From positions 26,956,795-27,020,794 of the forward strand of contig NC_092670.1 of assembly GCF_964355755.1 (NCBI RefSeq): DNA of 64,000 nucleotides, given 5' to 3'. Position 1 is the first letter of the stretch, and each line of letters opens with the position of its first letter. Below the pieces are notes generated by a model. It ran no database searches. It was given only the letters and a program-made list of their open reading frames with translations, and was not told the origin of the DNA. The stretch is from Antedon mediterranea. Its lineage: Eukaryota > Animalia > Echinodermata. Positions 12,209-23,900 of this stretch are shown one piece after another. Made by a program: the position numbers and the translations under genes.

Positions 12209-13325
12209 GTATTTACGTACGTTCACGTGTACCTACTAGGCTAGCCTACTAAGGCTAGGCCTAGCCTAGTACTACCTAGGCCTAGGCCCTAGCCTACTAG
12301 CTAGCTACTAGTACTAGTAGGGACCAGGCCAGGCCTATAGGCTAGCCTAACTTAACTAGGGCCTAGGCCTAGGCCACTGGTAAGTAGGGCCTAGCTAGGC
12401 TCTAGTCTAGCCTTCTAGAATTGTAGGGCCTACAGACATTCCAACCCCTGAACTTTCAAAAGCGGGACATACATAGGCCAGTTAGTTGAATAAACAAATT
12501 TGTATTTTCATTTTTTTCGTCATAGTTCATCACATTTAAAAGAGCGCGCATCTATATTTACGTATTCTAATTTCTTCTAGGGTAGATGTACCGATTAGCG
12601 GTTTGTCCCTATTATTAATTAATGTAATTTATTATTTATTCACAACTATTTATTATTTTTTATGTTAGTAGTACCTTTAATATATTCTTTCAAAGTTACA
12701 ATCGTTTGTTTTATAATTCCCTATTAGCCTAAGGTAAGCTATTGCATCATCAGAACCCAAATGGTGCATCGCCTCAATGTTCAATGGTGCGTCAATGTCC
12801 GTCACTTTACCACCGACCCGCGCCACCCAAAAAGCCTGAAAACAAGGCCTTGACGATCGCGGAGGGGCGGCCAGGTTGTAAATTGTCACGCGCCCTCTAT
12901 CGGCCAAACTGGAAAATGACGTAATATTTGTATTAAATAGCCGTTCCAATCTTAGTGTGATTGTGTGATCGCGAGAACGTTCCTAGACGGCCTGATTATC
13001 ATCGATCGACGACCCTGGCGCCCCTCCATAGCACCAGACGCGCATATTAGTTTGAGATTTTTGATAACACACTGCATGCACTGCAGTAGTTGGGGTCAAC
13101 AATCGTCAGTGAAGGTACGTCAAAAAGACAGTCATGGTGCGTCATAATTCACTAAAAGGTCCGTCGCTAATTTGAAAATAGGTGCGTCATTGTCTAGTAA
13201 AGGTAAGTCACTTTTTTGACGCAGGTGTGCGTCATGGTATACAAAGGTATGACTCACATCGAACAAATGACGCACCTCTCCCGGGGGTCGTATAGTGCGT
13301 CATACAATTGACAAAGTGCATTATA

Positions 13326-13566
13326 CCCATTCTCATCGGAGTATCGTGCCGGAAATATAACCGGTATATAGCGACTTTCTGTGAGAAAGGAGTCAGGCAT
13401 ATTCGGCCAATAAAAAGTCTCTGACAAAATAATTATTGAGGGCCGTCTTGGCATCATGTCGATGCCGGCATGATGCCAAGACGACCCGTTCTCACAGAAA
13501 CCCATACCGGCATGGTAATGGTATATTCCCGCAATATTCCTGGCACACAGCTCTGTGAGAAAGGGG
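13326..13566. mobile_element. MITE (Harbinger-like) with internal palindrome
   Basis: Imperfect TIRs CCCATTCTCA...GTGAGAAAGGGG; central hairpin GTCTTGGCATCATG...CATGATGCCAAGAC. Confidence 0.6.
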
Positions 13567-14049
13567 CGATGGTGACGTGATTTACCTACAAACTGTATTT
13601 CACAATCCTTAATAAATAAAATACCTCATGGACTAGTCCATTGTACGATTTTCTTACTATTAGTATTATGGGATGTAGAAGAAAAACCCGCTAATTGGAC
13701 CAGCCATGTTACAGTGGCCTGATCCAATTAGCGGTAGGTTGGTTTTTAATGAAATTTTTTCATTATTGTCACATTAAATATGTAAATGTAAACATATTTT
13801 CAATTAATTTTAAACATAATAAACAAGAATTAATATTAAATATGAATTGTTTGTGTTTTATTTATGCTTTTAAACACCACGATCTTGTTTTAAAGTTTAA
13901 AAGTTGAACATTCTCAGTCACGTGACCAGACTCGAGCGGCGTATCAATTAAAAGCATTACCGCAAATTGGGAACCGCAAACTGGTGCACAGTTACCGCTG
14001 TTTGGTACATCAGCCATCCTTAGTATTTAACGAATTATTATTAATTAAG

Positions 14050-14283
14050 TGGCCATTGTTTATTTTTGTATGACGTGCACATGACGTTTGTGGTGTGGAT
14101 AACTAACTCGTCAAAGTGACGAGTTTTAATCTAGTTCTTTTTTCTGTCATTTTTGTGTCTCGCATATCTAAAAAATGTGTAAACATCACATAAATTTGTC
14201 AACATATGGACATTTACGTGAAGTTGTGCACCTCCTATTTTGAATGACATCAGAGTTGCGCAACATGACTTGCGCACGATTTT
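14050..14283 (+). mobile_element. Fragment of the HINE/Helentron-like family, opposite orientation to the 17.9-26.9 kb cluster
   Basis: GGATAACT, hairpin AACTCGTCA-AAG-TGACGAGTT and CTAG (14131), followed by sequence that is the reverse complement of ~20425-20580. Confidence 0.75.
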
Positions 14284-14605
14284 ATTTTAGGGTCCTCCTA
14301 AATACCAAGACCTACCAAGAACTACTAAGACCTACCGAGACCTGTCAATTTAAAGTGTTAATTTATCAAAATATGATACAGTAGAACCTGTATTTTACGT
14401 ACCCTGATTTTACGTTCCCTTGATTTTACGTACGCTTAAAATAACTGATGACGTCATCATTTTCTTACATTGAGGGCGCAATTTAACAACAAACCAAGCC
14501 ATGGCTGCTGTGTGAGGAATTCTGCTGTGTGAGACAAGCTACACACGTGCATTCCCCCTACAGCAGCGACTGTTTTTATTGATAGAAAATACAAGAACAT
14601 TGATA

Positions 14606-15556
14606 CAGTCGACTCCGCCTAAGTCGAATTTGCGTAAGTCGAAAAATCGCGAAAGTCAAATTTTTAGGAAAGTCCCAATTCTTTACTATACATTACTGTG
14701 TAATTTTTATTTGTAAGTCGAATTTTTCTAAGTCGACGTCTTTTTGCGGTCCGAATACACACATTCTTTAGTGATTTATATCGTATAAGTCGAAGTCACA
14801 AATTAAGCGGCGACAACGCGCTAAAAAAAGCCGATGAAACGTACGTAATTCGATAAACAAACAACAGAGGGGATAATTCATTCAATTCATACAATCTTTT
14901 ATTTCGGAAACTCTGGTCCATAGAAAGTAAATTACATATACCGTAAATGAAATAAATAAGATAAACAAAATTACTACTACTCATCTCAGGATGGCATTCC
15001 ATCTGGAGAGCATCTTCGACTTAACTAAGACATTGCTTATAATCGTTGAGATTAATATATTTGTGCTTGCATTAAGTCTACCCATATCGATTCTCTCAAG
15101 CAGGTTGTATAGTATAGGCGGCAAGCTACAACTCGCGCTAGTGTATAGTGTATGAGTTGTTTCAGAGTTGAGAACTTGAGCGGCGTTTTGTGGGTACCTA
15201 TTTTGTGCTAGACAGATGGCAATAAACAATGGATACCGATTTCGAATAAAAACCGAAATGTATTTATTATACGTTTTTGTATTGTTTCGGGCTTAAACCA
15301 TAAAAGAAAATACAGTTTATCATTGCCGATAAAGATGCTTAGCATTTATTAGGCCTAGCTAGCTAGCTAAACAAACTCAATTCAAGAAGGCTCATCGCGT
15401 GGGCCGTGATCGGGCAGGGTCCACTAGGCCTAGCCATAGCGCGGCTAGTGAGTGAACCTAGGCCTAGCATTTTTTTGGCAAATCTGTAAGTCGAAGTTCA
15501 CGTAACTCGAATTTTTATACCGGTCCCATTAGATTCGACTTAGGCGGAGTCGACTG
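14606..15556. mobile_element. Tc1/mariner (pogo/Tigger-type) MITE
   Basis: TIRs CAGTCGACTCCGCCTAAGTCGAA / TTCGACTTAGGCGGAGTCGACTG, TA TSD, subterminal TAAGTCGAA repeats. Confidence 0.9.
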
Positions 15557-15849
15557 TATTTTATTTATAACATTTAAACGCACAGGCTGTATATACTGTA
15601 CTTTTCTAGTTAGGACTCATATTTTGCTAGGCCTGCTAGCCTGGCCTGAATGGTCTAGTAGGCAAGGCCTAGGTAGTGACCACCTGCAAGCTGTACAGTA
15701 AAGTAGGCAAACACGGTAGCCTTTATAGCTAAGATCTCTACGTATTTGGGGTCAATTTAAGGTCAACCTCGATTTTGGAAGTAGCTTTCGACAAGTTATA
15801 ACTGTTTTAACTGGCTGTAGAATTGGTGAGCGCAGTCAGTATATTCAGC

Positions 15850-17832
15850 CACCGAAAGATTTAAATGACTACACAACTTCCCCAACGTTCATCCCGCATC
15901 GCTCGTTGCGCGGTTAACCAAGATGCGCATTCCACCGCTCTTCCGAAAAGCCAGCTAGAGATGCAAAAACATCATCATTATCTCAACCTTTAATGTTCAT
16001 ACTTTGAACACCGTCAATCAGATACCTGAACTTATCGCAAACTCGATAAATTGAAAAATTTCCGTTGTGTGTATTCAAGAATTCACATATTTCATGAAGC
16101 CAACGAATTAGAATACAAAGATGCTGGCAAAGGTTGGACCCCCATCACAAGCTCTGCTACGAAAAATGACATGAATGCTATCATAGGAAGCGTCGGCATA
16201 CTCCTAAGCCCCAGAGCAATCAAATCCCTTAACAAAATCGATAAATTCTGCTTCAGAATTATTATTACAAACATCAAGACAACCCAGAAACCACAATTAT
16301 CTCTTGCTACAGTCCTACAAACGTAGCAGAAAATTTGGTCACTCAATTCTACATTGAACTATCCTTGTTAATTAGAGATGTTCCAAAACATATCTTTTAT
16401 TGATTGGAGGAGATTTCAACGCTCAAATCAGTAAGGAAAATAACAAAACTTTTTTCTTTCATGATCAGATAAACCGAAACGGTGAACTTTTTCTGGAGTT
16501 TGCTGTTGAAAACCGGCTGCTGGTTCTGAATACCAAGTTTCACTTTGGACCTTCCAATATTCAAATGGTAGAAAAACTCAACTTGACTTCCTTCTTATAA
16601 ACCGCTTTTAAAACAGTTTTGCCAGTGGGATATCAGATCATTGCATCGTTTCCAGCCGTATAAGACTGAGTCTTCGAGCAAACAATAAAAAACTTGATAC
16701 TTCTTCGCCATATTTTTGGAAATCCCTAATAGTAATACACGATGGCAATACCCTCGAGCGGTTCACCATTGAACTTAGAAATCGATTTGATGCTCTCCAA
16801 CATGAAAGTGTGATCGACAATCCAAATACCACAAAACTTCCAACTGTATTCCCTTGAAACCTAAAAAACGCAAAAGAGTACCCTGGGAACTGAGGCTATT
16901 CAAGACCAACGAGAGAGGATCAAACGATCAGCAACTCGTAAAAATGGTAACCCTACACCCCAAAACATCTCAAAAGAAGTTACAAATGACGAGGCTCTAC
17001 CAAACCAAACTGGAAACCTATCTGCAAACTAAGATTGACTCGATCAAGCAATATTCGGTGAATAAGCAATCATCGATGGCCTGAGATACGATTTAACGAA
17101 ATCTCAGCAAAGCTGAGAGCCACCAGTCAAAATGATAGTCTAAATCAAAGGAAAAACCACTTCGAGAACCTTCTTGGCAACATTCCTAAATAAACCCAAT
17201 GGAAACCATTGAGCTACTTCCAGCACAGACTGAATCTAACATCAAAATCGGTCCTTTTAACGATGAAGAGTTAAACAACGCGCTCTCAAAAATGAAAAAT
17301 GGAAAATCCCCAGGACTTGATGGGATTCCTCCTGAAGTGTGGAAAACAAAACACTTTAACAATGTACTCTTGAAGTGTTGCAATGATGTCTATGAACAAA
17401 GACCTATTCAAAAAAAGGAGATCTTGGAAAGGCCGAAAACTACAGAGGAATAACTCTCACCTCCATTGCTGCTAAGATCTACAATCTCATGCCCTTGAAC
17501 AGAATACAACCATGGATCGAGACAATACTTCGTAAAAACCAAAATGGTTTTAGGCGGGGACGTTCAGCAAGCAGCCAGATTCTCACACTTAGTAGAATAC
17601 TTGAGGGAGTGCGTGAAAAAACCTTCCTGCAGTCCTGATCCTCTTTGTAGATTTTGCTAAAGCCTTCATTTCTATCCATCGTGAAAAGATGCGTGAAATT
17701 CTTCTCGTCCACAAAATTCCACTTGAGATTATCAATGCCATAGTGAGGCTGTACAAAAACTTGAGTGCCCTGGTTCGTTCTCCAGATGGTGATACTGATA
17801 CCGATCCGTTTCAGGTAAAAGCAGGCGTCCTA
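15850..17832 (+). pseudogene. Degenerate RTE-like LINE (EN plus first half of RT), 3' end lost
   Basis: Broken frames with ISTFNV, IGGDFNAQI, SDH, GKSPGLDGIPPEVWK, NQNGFRRGRS, FVDFAKAF, and a stop at AGVL. Confidence 0.85.
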
Positions 17833-17914
17833 GGTAAGAAAAAACCTAAATAAAGGACGCCGTTGTAGATATAACAAAATATATTATTACAATAATATTG
17901 ATTACAATTTTAAA

Positions 17915-20900
17915 CTAGATTTGAACTCGTCACTACGGACGAGTTAAGTTTTCCGCAGCACAAACGCCACGTGCATGTCATACGTTAGAATATAGCGCAC
18001 AGTATAACGATTATGCAATTGAAAAAATGTTAGTGCGCTCTCTATTTTACGTCACACTCTTAGGATATACAGTATACACTATATACTGTATACGTACTAC
18101 ATACAGTGCAGAATAGGTGAAAATAAATGACCAAAGTTATTGACGCTTTTGGACATGATGACGTCATCACAATTTTAAAAACGGTACAGTTTATCATGCG
18201 ATAGATAATTGATTGGCATAGACAATATAAAAAAGTAGGGGGAAGTGGAATACGGATAAGTGGAGATGCGCTCTATTAAATGTGATGAGCTATGACTAAA
18301 GAGACAAAAATCCGCTATTTTTTTTCAAGTGGCCATACGATGACGTCAATATGTCCAGTTAGCCATATCGATGCATGATTCTATTACAACTCATCAACTT
18401 CCATAATATGTACCGTAATAAAAAATAAACTTCACCATGTAGTTTAAAATTTATGATTGTTTAAAAAAAGGCATAATTTTGACGAATTTTTGAACTTTTT
18501 CATCAAAAACGCACGCAAATTATCCAATTCCACGTGCTCATATGACGTAATTTTAAGTCGAAATTGTTTAAAAGTTGGTAAAATTACTAGATAGAAAAGG
18601 CTGGAAAAACATAAATCACACGAAAAAATTATATTTTTGCGCTACATGCGCACGCGCGCGTAAGATAATTGCGCGTGCGTTGGAATTTTTGAAATGCTTA
18701 AAATGACATGAAACGCGTAGAAAGTTGATTAGAAGTTGTTTTTTAGCATTTTGAAATTTTAAACGCGCGTGCGCGCGTAACTTTCTTTGAAGCATGTTAT
18801 TTTTAATCCATAGAAAGTTTGCCCTTGATATGACTTAAATGTTCAACAAGTGTCATTACAAAATGACTTTTGGTTTTTAGTCTATGTTAAATACGCGAAA
18901 TTCATAAAATCGCGCGTAGCTTACGCTGCGCGACTCTAAAGTAAAAATACGAACTGTCCTGCACTTCTACAGATAGAGGTCAATCTTCTGACAAAGTTAT
19001 ACGATGTAATGTTGATAAGAATTTTAGATACACGTGACACAAAATTCTGGGAAAGAAAGAAGAACTAGACATGAAACTCGTCACTTTGACGAGTTAGTTA
19101 TCCGCCCAACAAACGCCACATGCACGTCATACGTTGAAATATTGCACACAGAAAAAGATTATGTCATTATGACCTGAACTGAAGAATATGATGTGTTGTT
19201 AATACTGAATGCTGTATATTTTGTGTCATATACTATTTACAGTATACATAGTATATATATAATCTGTATACATAATACAGTGTAGAATAGGTGAAATTAC
19301 GGGTCCCGCCATTTATTCCAATTTTTAACATGGTGACAGTATCAAAATGAAATACTAATATATCAATTTCGGAAGGAAATTATCTCAGCAACAACATATT
19401 AACGTGTAGAAGAAATTTGAATACCTAAAATATAGAAGCTCGTTCTTTTATAAGTGATGAACTATGACGCAAAATATGAAAATTTGACTTTTTTTATTCA
19501 ACTGGCCATATGATGACGTCACAACACCTGATTGGCAAAATATTCACATGAATTCGTATCTACAATCCAATAGCTTCCAGAAAACGTTTTAATCATGATT
19601 ATCAATTTTTATTCTGACAAGCTATTATAACAGATTGAAATTTACTGTAAAGATGAAAATAAGTAACCCACGTTATTCACATTTTTAGAAATGATGACGT
19701 CATAAGAATTAAAATATTTTTACCTCATGCGAAAGATAGTTGATTGACCTAGATAATATAAAAATCGGGGTGAAAATGGAAAACGGATTAGTGGAGATGC
19801 GCTCTATTAAATGTGATGAGCTATGACGAAAGATACAAAAATCCTATATTTTATATTTGCGTGGCCATACGATGACGTCACAATGTCCGGTTAGCCATAT
19901 TAATGTATGATCCGATATCTACAACTCATCAACTTCCAGAATATGTAATTAAAAAAAAGTTCTCCATATAGTTTAGAATCTATGACTGTTTAAAAATAGG
20001 CATAATTTTGACGAATTTTTGAACTTTTTCGCGTGCAAATTATCTAATTCGACGTGCTCGTATGACGTAATTTTAAGTCGAAATTGTTTAAAATTTGGTA
20101 ACATTACTAGAAAAGGCTGAAAAAACATAAATCACGCGAAAAAAATATGTTTTTAACGCTACGTGTGCACCGCGTGCGTAAAAATGTTCGCGCACGTGGG
20201 AATTTTTGACATGCTCAAAATGACATGAAACGCATAGAAAGTTGATTAGAAGTTGATTTTTCGCATTCTAAAATTGTAGACGCGCGTGCGCGCGTAACTT
20301 TCTGTGAATCATGCTATTTTTAATCCATAGAAAGTTTGCGCTTGATATGACTTAAATTTTCACAAAGTGTCAAAACAAAATTATGTTTGGTTTTTAGTCT
20401 ATGATCAATCACTGAAATTCATAAAATCGCGCGTAAGTCACGTTGCGCAACTCTGACGTCATTAAAAAATAGGAGGTGCACAAGTTCACGTAAATGTTGA
20501 TATGTTGACAAAGTTACGATATGTTCTGTTGACACGTTTTAGAGAAACGCGACGCACAAAAATGACAGAAGGAAAGAAGTATAATACAGACTAGATTTGA
20601 ACTCGTCCGCAAACGCAACATGCACATACGTTTAAAATATATGAACGCCGACAATTATTATGCCATCCTATGACATGAATTAAATATGTTTACAGTGCTG
20701 AATTGTACCTATTTTGTAGCATACAGCATATTACAGTATTTACAGAATACACTGTATTATGTTATATACAGTGTAGCATAGACGAAATTACGAGACCCAT
20801 CTTTTAAATCCAATTATTAACACGATGACGTCATCAAATTGACATATAAAGATAACTATTTTAGAAGATAATTATCTAAATATTTACATTATTACAAATT

Positions 20901-23900
20901 TGAAGAATTTTGGGAACGTAAAAGTGAGATGCGCTCTCGTTTAAACGCAATGAACTTTGACGCAAGAGATGAAAATATGACTTTTTGAATTCAACTGGCC
21001 ATATGATGACGTCACAACATCTGATTGGCAAAATACTCACATAAATTCGTATCTACAATCCAATAGCTTTCAGAAAACGTTGTAATCATGATTATTACTT
21101 TTTATTCCAATGAGCTATAACAGATTGAAATTTACTGTAAAGATGAAAATAGGGGACCCACGTTAATTACATTTTTATACATGATGACGTCATAAAAATT
21201 AAAATATTTTTAACTCATGCGAAAGATAGTTGATTGACCTAGAGAGTATTAAAATATCTGTGGAAATAGAATACGTATAAGCGAGATGCGCTCTCTTTAA
21301 TGTGATGAGCAATAACGAAAGAGTAAAAAATCCTATATTTTACATTTGTGTGGCCATACGATGATGTCATAACATCCGAGGGGTAAAGATTCTGCATGAA
21401 TTCATATCTACAACATATCTGCTTACATATTAAATTAAAAAAATTGGGGGTCATGGATGATCCCGAGAAGCTATAATAGATTAAAAATAGGCATAATTTT
21501 GACAATATGTTGTCACTTTTGCAACTAAAACGCGCGCAAATGGTCTAAATCAACGTGTTTGTATGACGTCATTTTAATTTGAAATGATGTCAATCTTTTT
21601 TGAAATACCTAGGAAAGACTGTAAAATCATAATTCAAGAGAGAAACACATGATTTTCATGCTCCGTGCGCACCTTACGCGTAATTTTTTTCGCGCGCGTG
21701 GGAATTTTTGACATGCTCAAAATGTCATGATCAGCGTAGAAAGTTGATTAGAAATTAATTTTGCGCATTTTTAAATTTTAAATGCGCATGCGCGCGTAAC
21801 TTCTTGTGAAACATGTCATTTTTAATCCATAGAAAGTTTGCCCTCACAAGTTTGCCCTCACAACATTCGATTGGCACAATTTACACATGATTTTGTATCT
21901 AAAATACAATAGCTTCCTGAAAGGGTTTTAATCGTGATTATCACATTTTATTGTTACGAGGTATAATAGATTAAAATTTACCCTAAAGATGAAATTAATG
22001 ACCAACGTAATTTAAATTTTTAGGCATGATGACGTTAAAAAAATTAAAAAATATTTAATTCATGCAAAAGATAGTTGATTGACCTAGAATATATTAAAAT
22101 CGGGGTGAAAATGGACAACAAATAAGTGGAGATGCGCTCTATTAAATGTGATGAGCTATGACGAAAGAGACAAAAATCCTATATTTTATATTCGCGTGGC
22201 CATACGATGACGTCACCATGTCCGGTTAGCCATATTAATGCATGATCTGATATCTACAACTCATCAACTTCCAGAATATGTAATTAAAAAAAAGTTCTCC
22301 ACGTAGTTTAGAATCTATGACTGTTTAAAAATAGGCATAATTTTGACGAATTTTTGAACTTTTTCACCAAAAACGCGCGCAAATTATCTAATTCGACGTG
22401 CTCGTATGACGTAATTTTAAGTCGAAATTGTTTAAAAGTTGGTAACGTTACTAGAAAAGGCTGAAAAAACATAAATCACGCGAAAAAAATATGTTTTTAA
22501 CGCTACGTGTGCACCGCGTGCGTAAAACTTTTCGCACGCGTGGGAATTTTTGACATGCTCAAAATGACATGAAACGCATAGAAAGTTGATTAGAAGTTGA
22601 TTTTTTGCACTCTAAAATTTTAAACGCGCGTGCGCGCGTAACTTTTTGTGATACATGCTATTTTTAATCCATAGAAAGTTTGTGCTTGATATGACTTAAA
22701 TTTTTACAAAGTGTCAAAACAAAATTATGTTTGGTTTTTAGTCTATGATCAATCATTGAAATTCATAAAATTGCGCGTAAGTCACGTTGCGCAACTCTGA
22801 CGTCATTCAAAAATAGGAGGTGCACAAGTTCACGTAAATGTCGATATGTTGACAAAGTTACGATATGTTCTGTTTACATACGTTTTAGAGAAACGCGACG
22901 CACAAAAATGACAGAAAGAAAGAAGTATAATACAGGAAAACTAGATTTGAACTCGTCACTTTGACGAGTTCGGGTTATCCGCGCATACGCAACATGCACA
23001 TACTTTAAACTATATGAACCTCGACAATTATTATGCCATCCTTTGACATGAAATAAATATGTTTACAGTGCTGAATTGTACCTATTATGTAGCATACACC
23101 ATATTACAGTATTTTACAGAATAAACTGTATATATGTTATATACAGTGTAGCATAGACGAAATTACGAGACCCATCTTTTAAATCCAATTATTAACACGA
23201 TGACATCAACAAATTGACATATAAAGATAACCATTTTAGAAGATAATTATCTAAATAATTACATTAAAACAAATTTGAAGAATTTTGGGAACGTAAAAGT
23301 GAGATGCGCTCTCGTTTAAACGCAATGAACTTTGACGCAAGAGATGAAAATATGACTTTTTGAATTCAACTGGCCATATGATGACGTCACAACATCTGAT
23401 TGGCAAAATATTCACATCAATTCGTATCTACAATCCAATAGCTTCCAGAAAACGTTTTAATCATGATTATCACTTTTTAATCTGACGAGCTATAACAGAT
23501 TGAAATTTACTGTAAAGATGAAAATAAGTGACCCAAGTTATTTACGTTTTTAGACATGATGACGTCATAAAAATTAAAATATTTTTAATTCATGTGAAAG
23601 ATAGTTGATTGACGTAGACAATATTACAATTTCGGGGGAAATGGAATACGTATAAGCGCGATGCGCTTTGTTGAATGTGATGAGCAATAGCGAAACAGTA
23701 AAAAATCCAATATTTTACATTCGTGTGGCCATACGATGACGTCATAACATCCGAGTGGTAAAGATTCTGCATGAATTCATATCTACAACATATCTGCTTT
23801 CATATTAAATTAAAAAAATTGGGGGTAACGGTTGATCCTGAGGAGCTATAATAGATTAAAAATAGGCTTAATTTTGACATTATGTTGTCACTTTTGCAAC

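Noticed and set aside
12672-13325. TIR element with GTGCGTCA repeats
   Set aside because: It looks repeat-derived, but only a short TACCTTT/AAAGGTA match and no TSD could be defined.
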